Shown: positions 26,245 through 37,624 of the stretch, piece by piece
Position numbering within the stretch: position 1 is the first letter of the stretch
How the letters are laid out: the number at the start of each line of letters is the position of its first letter
Source of the DNA: Felis catus
Lineage: Eukaryota
Assembly: GCF_018350175.1 (NCBI RefSeq)
Contig: NC_058368.1
Coordinates: 238,206,001 to 238,270,000 of the forward strand
Reading direction: 5' to 3'
Length of the DNA: 64,000 bases
Position numbers and translations under genes: made by a program
The notes under the pieces: model-generated
What the model was told of the DNA's origin: nothing
Databases searched by the model: none
What the model saw: only the letters and a program-made list of their open reading frames with translations

Positions 26245-26453
26245 CTCAGGGGCTGGGGACAGGAAGTGGGGAACCCTCGGGGGCTGGGGACAGGAAGTGG
26301 GGACCCCTCAGGGGCTGGGGACAGGAAGTGGGGACCCCTCGGGGGCTGGGGACAGGAAGTGGGGACCCCTCGGGGGCTGGCGATAGGAAGTGGGGACCCC
26401 TCGGGGGCTGGCGACAGGAAGTGGGGACCCCTCGGGGGCTGGCGACAGGAAGT
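26245..26453. repeat. 31-bp G-rich minisatellite, about 6.7 copies
   Basis: Unit CTCGGGGGCTGGGGACAGGAAGTGGGGACCC. AGGAAGT recurs at 26261, 26292, 26323, 26354, 26385, 26416 and 26447. Confidence 0.97.
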
Positions 26454-28215
26454 CAGGACTGCCTGCCGCAAAGTCACATGCTTCTGAAGTGCAAGCAGGT
26501 GGCCCCGGGAAGGCAGCGGCCGCGAGCTGCTGTCACCGGGCCATGTGGCTTGGAGCCAGCGAAGGCTACAGGGAAAGGCCACGCTCCACTTTGAGCGAAT
26601 GTCTGGGTCCCACTGCTGCTCCGAGTGTCCACCGGGCCATCCGTCGGCACCTGAACTCAGGCCACACTGGAAAGGTGTCCAGGGTGGGGAAAGAAGCAGG
26701 CTGTCCCCAAACAAGACAGGGGAATGTGCTCTGAGCCCCTCAGGCACGGCCTCTGTCTCTCCCCCTGTCGGCTCTGTTCAGGCAGTGCCCTTTCCTCAAG
26801 GCTCTGAGGGCCAGGCTCCCCTTCCGCTGACCCACCTGCCTGGCCTCAGCCCCGCTGGACGCCCCGGGCACCGCCTGCTCCCAGGCTCCAGCTTCTCCCA
26901 GACGCCAGGGCGGTGGACCGTCCTGCACTATGCACACCCATCCCCGAGGAGGCCCCGTCACTCGGGGAAACCTGACTGGCTAACTCCCTCTGGAAAACCA
27001 GGGTGGGCTGGCTTTTTCTTCGGGCCAGGACCGGGATGCCTCCTGAGAACAGCGTCTAAGCTACGGCCTCCTGCTGCCAATCGGCGGCTCACCTGCTGAC
27101 ACGGGAGGAGCGTTTCAATCAGGAAAGGAGCAGAGATGGGTGCGGGCAGGCCGGCCTGAGAGCAGGACGCATCAGTCACCCTCAGAGACCACCCTGCACG
27201 AGCCAACAGCCAGCCAGGGCGCCCGAGGCCCAGAGACTCATAAATCGGTCGGTTCCTGCCCCGAGCCACTGATTCGGGGCCGTCTGTCACGCGGCGTTCT
27301 GGCGGAAAGGGGTACCTGACACACGGGCTCCGCGGACCCCTCCCTTTGCTGCGGAGAACGCCAGCTCAGCCGCTGCACCTGCAGGGAAGGGGGCTCCTCT
27401 GTGCAGGAAGAAAGCTGCCAACCGCACGCACACGAGCAGGGAAGCCCAGGCAGCGTCGCCCCACCCCCGCCCCGCCCCGCCCCCGCCCTGCTGGAAGAAC
27501 AGGCTTCCCAGCCCTCACCTTGCACTCCACCTGCTCCCCCTCTGTTCCATTCCGCAGCGGCACCCACACAGGACACAGACGCCGCCACGATCAGCAGAGT
27601 GTTCTGATTTGCAGCCGAGTAACTGGGAACTTCCTACCAGACCCACGAAGTCACAGCTACAATGCTTTTGGGGAAATAAACCAAAACTTTTATTACGCTA
27701 ACATTTACGCAGAATGAGTCAACTCACTGCTAACTGTTAGCCAGGTTGGCACAACGCTGGAAACTCAGGAGGGGAGCCGGCTGAGGGCCACGCGCATCCA
27801 AGGGTCCCGGGGTCGGCAGCCCCGCTCTGCTGGGGGGTGGGGGCCCCTCTGTCCTCAACTTGCTTCTCGTGTGGACTGTTAAGGAACCTCGTGGACGTGC
27901 CGAAACCCCACAGTCACTCTGTGCCTAGCCACCAGCCTTGGCCCGTTCACGGACAAGTCGTGTTGCGTGGCGGCCACCGCGTGGTCGGAGCGCACCTGTC
28001 TCCTGCGCGCTGCGGCTGGGACCGCTCCCTCTCCAGAGACTGACGAGGCACAAACTCGGTGAGAGAGGGCAGCCCCGACGCCTGGCTCCCAGGACCTGGA
28101 GCCAAGGATGCCAACACACTCTCCTTCGCGGCTTACTGAAATTGTCGTTTGCCACGCTGGGAGTTCAGATAGGTCACATGAAAATATGTATGTATTCATT
28201 TAAAAATAAAAAATC

Positions 28216-28415
28216 GGGGTGCCTGGGTGGCTCAGTCAGTTGAGCGTCCGACTTTGGCTCAGGTCATGATCTCACGGTTCGTGAGTTCGAGCCCCACGTC
28301 GGGCTCTGTGCTGACAGCTCGGGGCCTGGAGCCGCTTCAGAATCTGTGTCTCCCTCTCTCTCTGCCCCTCCCCTGCTCATTCTCTGTCTCAAAAATAAAT
28401 AAACATTCAAAAAAT
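28216..28415 (+). mobile_element. Can-SINE
   Basis: Head GGGGTGCCTGGGTGGCTCAGTCAGTTGAGCGTCCGAC, CT-rich segment, tail AAAAATAAATAAACATT. Flanked by TTTAAAAATAAAAA on both sides. Confidence 0.95.
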
Positions 28416-28582
28416 TTTAAAAATAAAAACAAATCCATTACATGTTAACATACGTATCATTTTTTATTAAAATTATTTTTCAAGAAAAATACTGAAAAGG
28501 GTGGCATCGTTTCCCATTTTTCGAATTTCTCTAATGTCCCGCTCAGGAGCTGACAGCTGTGTGCTCCTGCATTCAGTCTGCA

Positions 28583-28753
28583 GTGAGAGAGAGTGTGCAA
28601 GCAGGAGGGGCAGGGAAAGAGGGAAAGAGAGAATCCAAGGCAGGCTCCACGCTGTCAGCACAGAGCCGGACTCGGGGCTCGAACTCACAAACCGGGAGAT
28701 CATGACCTGAGCCGAAGTCAGACGCTCAACTGACTGAGCCACCCAGGCGCCCC
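28583..28753 (-). mobile_element. Can-SINE lacking its A tail
   Basis: ...GGGGCTCGAACTCACAAACCGGGAGATCATGACCTGAGCCGAAGTCAGACGCTCAACTGACTGAGCCACCCAGGCGCCCC. Confidence 0.93.
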
Positions 28754-29589
28754 TGTAAGGTGTGTTTTCATAGTATTTTCAGAACATGTGGATTATTCTT
28801 CTTTGATATTACACCAAAACTCAACAAGTGCAGTTTCCTAAGTTTAGTCATAAAATAAAATCTGGAATCCTATCCATAAGTTTTATCTGTTATGTTAAAA
28901 TCCACTGGTCCAGCTTGTGCTTCGAATGCGTCTTTTACCCACACATAATTCTGTAACAACCCGCGTGGGTCATTCACAAACTATCGAGTCGTTCAGCTAA
29001 ATATGTCTTCCAGATGTCAACACGTTTTATTTTACAATAGAAGCAAATCATATTCATGAATGTCCCCATCAATCTCCTCATTAGTCTGTAAGTCCCGGGA
29101 GATGAGTTTTCCAAACTCCCGGTATTTGTCTGAAAGCCCGGGGCTTTGACAACGAGCAGTGTTCATGGTTCCCCCTGAACGGCAGTTTACCTCATTTGGT
29201 TTTCAGACCAGGTCCCCCTCGCCACTGTCTGTTGGCCGTTTCCTCTAGGGAGACGGTGCCGCTTGAACACGGCCGTGGGCCCGGCTCCCGGCTCGGCACG
29301 TCCCGGGGACCGCAACCCGGCACGGAGGGCGCGCCTGCGTGCTCCCGCGTGCCAGGTCCTCGGTCAGGGCCACTCGAGCTCGGCCGTGGCTGCGTGCCAC
29401 GTGGACTCATCATGGGAGCTGGCACCTTTGTCAGGGTCTCTGGCGGCCGAGAGCACCCGCCCGCCCGCAGAGCCGGCGCCCTCCCGGAGCATCGCGGCGT
29501 GGCACCGGGACCTCCCTGTCGGTGCGGACGTCAACGCCACGAGAGAGCAAATAGCACCGACGCTGGGTGATGGTGGCCCTGGAGCCTGG

Positions 29590-29960
29590 GGGCCTGGGGC
29601 CTGTGCATGTGACCTGGTCCGGAAATAGGGTCTTGGCACGTGTGGTCAAGTTCAGACGAGCCCTAGATCCAGCGACTGTGTCTCCACAAGGGGAGGGAGT
29701 TTCAGACGTACAGACAGAGCGTGAACGCGGTGGGAAGACGGAGGCGGGGGAGGTGCAGACGAGGTGCCTGCGAGTCAGGACGCCACAGACCATCAGGAAC
29801 CAGCAGCCGGATGCTGAGAGGGGCCTGGGACACGGTCCCCACCCCCAGGGGCTCCAGAAAGACCAGCCCTGCGGACCCCTCCCCCCTGACCCCCGGCCCC
29901 CAGAACGGAGACAGAGTGGACTGCTGTGGCTCTCACCACCCGGTCTTGGGTGACATCTGC
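29590..29960 (+). mobile_element. MaLR (MLT1-type) LTR, GC-shifted
   Basis: ATGTGACCT...GGAAATAGGGTCTTGGCA...CCCTAGATCCAGCGACTG...GAAGACGGAGGC...CCAGCCCTGC...CCAGAAC. Confidence 0.7.
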
Positions 29961-31835
29961 CTGTGAAGATGCTGGGAGCGCGGGGAGCACCCCTGGAGAC
30001 CCGCGGCCGTGAGACGCTCCTCCCACCCGTCCCCGGAGACTCCGCCTCCCACACTCAGGCCCGCAGGCTCTGGGGGCTTCATGGTTCTGGTCGTCCAGGG
30101 GGGCTCCTGCAGCGGGGGCCGTTTGACCCGAGTGGGTCTAAGTCCTCATCACCCCAGACAGGGCGAACGTGTCACGCCGACGACCGCTCGCCAGGCTCTG
30201 GGGAGGACCTGTGAGAAGGGCCACACCGACCAGTCGTGGACCCACATCCGACTACCTGGCTGCAGGGGCGGGGAGGGCCGTGCGAGGGGCTTCAGATTCT
30301 CCCCGTGTGTCCCCCACCGAAGGGTGAATTTCCCGCTTCCGCTGAACCAAAACGGAACGGGGCTTGGTGCCCCCGAGCACGTACTCGTGAGGTCACGGGG
30401 GAATCATTCGTTCGTTCCCTGACCCACCCACGAGCACTCCCCGGCTCACTGGGGGACGGCGGTGGCTAAGAGCTCATTGCGTGCCGGAGGAAGACAGACA
30501 GCCGGAAGGTTCCCGGATGCCTGGGGACAGCAGGCTCCCACTCAGGCTCCTCCCGATGTCACTGCTGTGCTCCACTCACTCCCACCACCCATAGCTTCTC
30601 TGCACAGGGCCCTGGGCTTGCCCTCCCCCTGGGCGCTGTTAACACAGGTTCCCCACACCCCAGCCCCACACCTGGCTGTCGGGGACCCCAGCACAGGGGT
30701 GTTGAGGGAGGGGCGGAGGGGCAGACAGAGGGGTGAGCCAAACGAAGGGCCTTAAGGATTGACAAGTTTTGCATAGCTCTGTCTATTTAGGATTTTAAAG
30801 GCAACTTGTGTGGAGTCCCCGCCCAAACACCCGTTTTTCTTCTAATCTCGAGTGGTTTGTTTTATTTTCTCTCGTTCTCTGTCACTCTGTCTCTGTCCCT
30901 CTGTGTGTCACACGCACACACACGTGCACGCACACCACAGCCGCAGGGGCTCAGCCACAGGGCTCGGTCTTAATGCTGCAGCAGGTTGAGTTTCAAGACT
31001 CCGAATCACCCTCTGAGCCACGTGAGGGAAACACGGGCTTACAAGGCAGTGGCCTCACAGGAAGGGGGCCTCACGAGCACGCGTGACTGGAGGGTCGCAC
31101 TGGAGGGTCGCACTGGAGGGGCTCCAAGCGTGGAGAGGAGTGTGCATCGATCACGCCCCTCTGTGGGACACAGCAATGCCCCCGCTGCCACGGGAAGTCA
31201 ACCCCAAATACCAGCAAGCACCCAGGCACTGCTGGGGCACAGGGGCAAGGAGCTCACACGCCTTCCGGCACCTTCCGTGGTGCTTCCCTGACTCTACCGC
31301 CCGCTCAGGGCCTGGGCCCTGGCCCTGGGACCCTTCAGCCACCGGCCCAGCATTCGGCAAGCTCAGCCAGAGGAGCGGATCCCAGAGGGCCTTCCGGAAG
31401 GTTTCGGGAGGCGGCTTATTCTCGGGAGGCTGTCAGCGTCGGTGAGGAAGGCAATACGAAGGACGACATCATGGCGAGAAGACCCTTGTGGGGCCGCGAT
31501 CGTGAGCTCACGGGGGCTGCGCGGGGAGGGGGGCGGGGGGCGAGGCCCCCTCCCCTCCCCCCACAGCAGGGTCACAGGGCTCAGCCACAAGCACACACCC
31601 GCTTCTCCACACAAAGGGTTCCCTTTGAGCTCTGCAGACCTGGCCCCAGAGCTAAGGTCACAGTCTCTGGTCCAGGCACGTCCGGGGCCAGGACCAGAAC
31701 AAGCCACGTTTAACGCCAAGAAGGCCTGGCGGGGTGGTCACTATACACAGGATCAGGACCCATGTGCCCAACAGCAATGCACGGAGAAAGTAATGAAAAT
31801 ACAGATGCACCGTTTTCATGAAGGTTCTAAGCCAA

Positions 31836-32060
31836 GGAGCGCCCGGAGGGCTCGGTCAGTTAAGTGTCCCACTCTTGATTTCAGCTCAGGTCATGATCTC
31901 CAGGTTGTGAGATCGAGCCCTGTGCCAGGCTGACAGTGTGGACCTGCTCGGGATTCTCTCTCTCCCTCTCTCTGCCCCTCCCCACTCGTGTGTTGTCTCC
32001 CTCGCTCCCTCTCACTCACTCAGAATAAAGAAAAAAAAAACGTAAAAAAAAAAAAAAAAA
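31836..32060 (+). mobile_element. Older Can-SINE
   Basis: Diverged head CAGTTAAGTGTCCCACTCTTGATTTCAGCTCAGGTCATGATCTC, CT tract and A tail. Degenerate TSD AAGGTTCTAAGCCAA / AAGGTTTCCAGCCAA. Confidence 0.92.
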
Positions 32061-35000
32061 AGGTTTCCAGCCAAACGATAAGGGTGTCAGGACCGGAGCT
32101 TTATTTACCAAGGAACACAGACGGATTGGTAAAGCCAAGATACAAACCGAGGTGCTGGGCTGAAAGTCAAAACGTGGCACCCACAGTGAGAGCGGGGTCT
32201 GTCCAGGGGACTTCGCAGAAATGCTCTCGGCATCTGTTTGCTCCACGGAGGAAAACAGGGCCGAGCAGAGAACACCCTGCTTTCTGGCTGTGTTCTGGCC
32301 TTCAAAAACGATTCCTTGATCCCGCGACTAAAATGCTGTCGCTCTCCGGCGGGGCCCCAAGCAGGCGGACAGCAGAAGCCAGGAAGCATTGTGCGCAGGG
32401 CTGAGCCAGGTCCTGAACCCCACGGGAGCACTTCCCGCTGCTCGGAAGGGAAGTTTTGCCCCCACCCCATCACCCCAAACAGAACACCTTCCTCCAGGAT
32501 CGTACAATCCCTCCAGGGCGGGTCTGGGGAGAAGTGACGCTGGAGAGACTTCTAGAACGGCCACGGACGTGAAGCTGAGCCTGAGCCACGCAGGGATGAT
32601 GGGGATGCGGGACGAGCTCCAGCAAGCTCCGCTCATCCACCCGCGTCACACCCAGCCCCGCCTCTCGCCCGCAGGAGGAAGACCACGGCGGTCGCCCCCC
32701 ACCACTGCCAGCAGGAAGCAGCGTGTCTGCACAGATTCATCCCCACAAACCACGGGGATAAAGCTGATGGGAAAAATTCGTCTTCTGGCCCCAAAAATGA
32801 GGGCTCACGTTTCAGCAAAGGCTCAGAAAAGAGCACAGAGGCCGAAAGTACGCAGGGGCGTCCCTCTGCGGGAACCCGGACAGGGGACCCGTCGGTGCCC
32901 GTTCCTTCCCGCAAGCGTCCTCGTGCCCCCTCCCCCTCCCGCGACGCCCGCCCCCGCCCGGGGTTGTCCGCCGGCTCCCGGGCCCGGCAGGAGGCCGCGG
33001 ACACGCACAAATCCGCGAGGTGCCCGCTCGCAGGCCTGGGGCGGCCCTGACGCGGGACCTCAGTCCAGGGGGGAGGACGGTCGGGGAGAGGCCGTGAGTC
33101 TCGGCTGGTGCAGCAGCATCTTCACAGGACCAGGGAGGGAAAGGCCTGCGTCCGGAGCCCCCACGCCCAGCGAACACGTCCCGCAGACACGGGCGCGGAC
33201 CCTGAGACGGTCGTCGGGACGCGGAGCTCGAAGTGACCCCGAGGGAGGCGCAGACGTTCCGGGCCCACGTCCGGAGTAGCAAATGCGGAACCTCCTGGCT
33301 GTGGACCGTGCCGGCCACTGGCGGGGCTGACGTGTGGAAGCAAATCCTCCAGCGGGAGCAGAGGGGGGATGGCTGGATCCCCCGGGGCTGCCCCACGTGC
33401 TCGTGGTGTCGCGCAGACGGGCGCGTCGTGTAATTCCCAGGGGAGCCGCAAAAGGCACTAAACAGTAGACGCGAAACAGGTGACAGACGAGAATAAAAGG
33501 GGACTGTGAAGTCCTTGACTGACAGCAGGCTGGCCGCGAAAGTGGCACCCAGGCTCAGAGACCAGGTGAGCCGAACAGCAGCACACAGCGAGACGGCGAG
33601 GCCGGCCGGGTCAGAGGGCGCCGCGTGCCGTGAGAGCCAGCCCTCCAGAGAGGAGGGGACCAGACACCATGGGACAAGCATGTGAGTGGATCGTAGGAAC
33701 GTAAGTATCGTGACGTACAGCAGGGGACGTGGAAACGCATCCAGGCAGCGCGCGGCTGGCCAGGCTGAGCCCCAGGGCCAAGTGCACCCAGGCCACGTCC
33801 CGGGGGGAGAGGACCCCCGAGGGGGGCTGCCTTCAACACGCCCGCTCAGCTGGGGGCGGGGCCCCCACACCTGTTCCAGCCCCAGGACCCCTACTCAGGG
33901 GAGCTCGTCCGGCCCCCGGCACATGCCAGAGCCCAGAGTGGCCGGAACCGGGACTGGGGGCACAGAGCCCGCCCACCGCCTCCCCTTCCCCTGGCCCCCC
34001 CCAGGAGGTCTCGCAAGGCCCCTCGAGGAGCGCCCGCCCCACATGTCTCGGGCTCCGTGCACAGCGACGCTAACACAGGTGCCCCCCCCGGACCCCCCGT
34101 CAGGAGGTCCCTCCCCGCACCTCGGCCCGCTGGCCTGAGGCCGAAGAGGGCAGCTCACAGAATCCACGCACGGTCCCGCCCCCCACCCGCCGCCACCACG
34201 GCTGGCTCTAGCTCTCTACTATCTTCACTGCGGTGACAGAAAGGGGATCTCGGCCGGCCGTGGAGCGACCCCCTCATGGCCTGGTTCTCAGGACCCTCGC
34301 TCCAGGGCATGTCTGGGGGCCCCGAGTCTCCGGTGGGAGGTGAACTGCCCACCCGCCACCCCGGGACAGGTAGAGGCTATGACCTAGTTCTTGCCGCCTG
34401 CGGACACAGTCACAAAATACCCAATTGTCCTTCAGTCCCAGGCGGGCTCGGCAGGACTGGCCTCCATCACCGCAGGCAGGCAGCACGTGGCCACCAGAGG
34501 GCCAGAAAGGCCCAGAAGGCGAGGAGGGGCTGCCAGGGTCTTGGGGCAGGGTGGGAGGGGCTAAGTTCAGGCGGGAAGAACCCCCTGTGTGCAAAAGCAC
34601 ACGGGAGTGAGGCGGGAGGTCTTCGTGGCGGCCAAGAGCAAAGGCGGAACAGGACACGGGGGCCCTTGGAGGGCTTGGAAGGGTCGAGAAGGGGGGCCTC
34701 CCGATGGAGGACACGAAGCCATGGCCCCGGGTACACGGTGGCCCCTCGAAACATCCAGGCTGCTGTCACACAGGGAAGCTCCCCGGGAGCAGAAGGAGCC
34801 TGCACAGTCTCCACCCTCTGACCCCGCAGCTCCTCGGAGCCTAAGCTGGACCGTCGAGGCGGGGGACACACATCCCCACCCAACGGAACCGGCACCTACA
34901 CATGGACTGAGAACTGTGTGAGTCTCCAGACAAGCCCCAAAGTGAAATAATCCAGAGCAGAAGCCGGCGTGTCCCCAGAACTCAGGCAGGGCCACAGCTG

Positions 35001-37287
35001 GCCTCGCCTCCCTCCCCCTTCCCTGGCTTTCTCTGGGGTGGCCGTGCTTCTGACAAGTTCCCAAAACCTCTCCCGGACAGCAAAAGTGCCCCGAGTGTTA
35101 CGATCGAATCACTGCCTGCAGAGAGTGGCCACCACGTCTAACTCTGACATTGCTGATCTTATTGCTGGGGTGACTCCTGTGGCCCCGTCGGGACATCTAA
35201 CCTCACTGGCCCCCCACATGCAGATCCGGCACGGTCCCCACCGCCTGCAGACAGCGTGCAAAGGTACTGCGGCCCGTCCCTCCGCTGGCCGGCGCTGGGT
35301 TCCCCTCATCCATGCCTGCAGGGCACGGACCACTGCGCCCGCCGCTGGCTTCTGAGCTTCCAGACGTGGCCGAGCGCACACAACTTCCCTAAAAGGAGGT
35401 TTTTACGGTCCGTGTGCCTGAGATGAGGAAATAAGGCAACTTTCACGACTGGCCACTGGCAAACCGGGGCTGGAGCCCAGCTCCGCCCCACTGCAGAGCC
35501 AAGCGTTACCCCGGGGCCGCGTCTCCTTAGGGGCCTGGTCTGGCCCCCCTGCCTGGTCACACAGGACCCAGGACCCTGCCTGGACCCTGCCTGGTCCACT
35601 GTCCAGCGGGCAGTGGATACTCGGGCCACGAGCCACATGTGCCGAGTGTTCCTGGACCGGGGACCGCCCTGTCGTACCTGTGCCAGTTGCTGGAGTCCTC
35701 GCTCACGCGGGCAGCTAGGAGGCCACGGACGTTCCATGTGACCCACCCACGGGGAGGGACGTTCCTGTCCGTGGGCTAACTGCCCTCAGGGGGTCCCCGT
35801 GATGGTGGGCGTCCCCGCCAGGCCGAAAACAGGCTCTCTCCGCTGGAGTCTCTAAATCACGAGAATGTCAGAAATCGCCAAAGAGAAAGGTCAAACCAGG
35901 AAAACACAATTATTGCAAAACGGGAGAAGGAATTTACTGTGTGTGAATAGCCCAGAACCTGACGTCAGCCATTCGAGGCGCTTTTCCGAACTGGGTCCGC
36001 CAGCTTTCCCCTCTTCTGCTTTATTTCCCGAGGCCGACTGGGGGACAGGACGGTCCCCATAGCAGATCATCCACATACACGTTAAGTTGTTAAAAGACTC
36101 CTGATCCATATTTTATACGACTTGGTGCATTTGGAGAGTGACCAGCTGAGAGGTAATTGGGTTAGACGTTAACTTTTTAAATTATAAATAACTGCACAGA
36201 AACGAAATTTAAAATCTCCCCGCGTCTAATAAATTAGTACCGTAATAGTGATACCGGCCTCTGAGGAGTCGAGTGCGTTCAGCAAGCACAGGGGGCAGCC
36301 CGGCGGTGTCCCGGGTCAGTAGTCACGCCTGGAACAGGGACCCAGACCGTCCCTCGGAGCAGACACTTGGGCGAAACCGCGCACAAATGCACCGATGGTC
36401 AGGCTCACCAGCCCAAGAGGGTCTGTCCTCGTCCCGGGGGCTCCTGGCCAATCACCCCCCGGCCAGGAGGCCACCTAACATGTGCCTCGCGTGGGAGGCT
36501 GTGCCCGCTGCACGCCCTCTCGTGGCCGCAGAGCCGGGAGGCTGGGCAGGGGGCTGCTCCCCCGGGGCCCCACACACCCGCCTGCGAGCCTGCGGGCCAG
36601 CGAAGCTGCAGGTCCGGCCAGATGGCCTCCGGGTGGGGTGTCCGGGCTGAGGGTCACTCAGGGGAGGGAGCTCCTGCGGGTCGATGGCCTTCAGGTGTCC
36701 TGTCCACCAGACGGAGCCAGGACTCCACAGGACTGGTCTCCCAAAGGTCCCTTCCCTTTCCCGCTGCGGGTTTGGGCGGCAACATCACACCTCGCGGTCG
36801 GGGCCTCCCGGCCACAGCTGGGTCAGGTGTCAGCTCCAAGGGCGGCCCCGCTGGGACCGGTGGCCAGGGCTGCGCACCACTGCCCTCTGCTGGGCAGGCC
36901 GGGCAGGGCTAGCAGTGCCCACGCTGAGCGTGCCCCCGCCCAGGGCGCCGCCCCTGCACCTGCCTTTCCGGGAAAGCATTGTCCGCATTCCTCCCTGCTT
37001 CTAGTCCAGATCCCGGTGCCGGACGTGTTCGCCACGGCTTCGCTGGGGGAGGTGGGCGCCTCTGGGGACCCTCAAATGGGCGAGGCCCAGGAAGCGTGTG
37101 CACCCAGCCCCCCGCGTGACCTCCATCAGCGCCCTTCGTGACCCCAGGGAAATTCCTTCCTCCACTCAACCCAGGGGCCCTTGCTGGCTTTTCCATCATC
37201 CTTTCTCCATCCTCTCTAGAAATCTTAACCACAAACGTTTTCTTTCTAAAATTTTTTTTTTAATTTTTTGTAAGTTTATTTATTTTT

Positions 37288-37505
37288 AAAAAAAGTTTTT
37301 TTAACGTTTATTTATTTTTGAGACAGAGAGAGACAGAGCATGAACGGGGGAGGATCAGACAGAGAGGGAGACACAGAATCTGAAACAGGCTCCAGGGTCT
37401 GAGCTGTCAGCACAGAGCCTGACGCGGGGCTCGAACTCACGAACCGTGAGATCATGACCTGAACTGAAGTCGGACGCTTAACCGACTGAGCCACCCAGGC
37501 GCCCC
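37288..37505 (-). mobile_element. Can-SINE inserted into the tail of another SINE
   Basis: Full-length copy. TSD GTTTATTTATTTTT at 37274-37287 and 37508-37521. Confidence 0.95.
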
Positions 37506-37624
37506 ACGTTTATTTATTTTTGAGACAGCGTGCGAGTAGGGGAGGGGCAGAGAGAGAGAGGGAGACGTGGGATCGGAAGCAGCCTCCAGGCTCCCAGCTG
37601 TCAGCACAGAGCCCGACACAGGGC
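37506..37624 (-). mobile_element. 5'-truncated Can-SINE (host element; its tail continues at about 37251-37287)
   Basis: GAGTAGGGGAGGGGCAGAGAGAGAGAGGGAGAC...CCAGGCTCCCAGCTGTCAGCACAGAGCCCGACACAGGGC, after which similarity ends. Confidence 0.88.

Larger units (their letters stand above)
28140..29230. mobile_element. hAT-Charlie (Charlie1-like) DNA transposon fragment hosting two SINEs
   Basis: CCATTACATGTTAACATA...GTGGCATCGTTT...CTGCATTCAGTCTG...TTCTTCTTTGATATTACACCAAAACTCAACAAGT...TTAAAATCCACTGGTC resembles the recalled Charlie1 consensus. Confidence 0.7.

Noticed and set aside
28216..28300. tRNA-like A/B boxes in SINE heads
   Set aside because: These belong to tRNA-derived Can-SINEs, not tRNA genes.
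32389..33870. 296-aa (+) and 352-aa (-) ORFs in a CpG-rich stretch
   Set aside because: Low-complexity, GC-driven composition, no recognisable motif, and open on both strands as expected when stop codons are rare.
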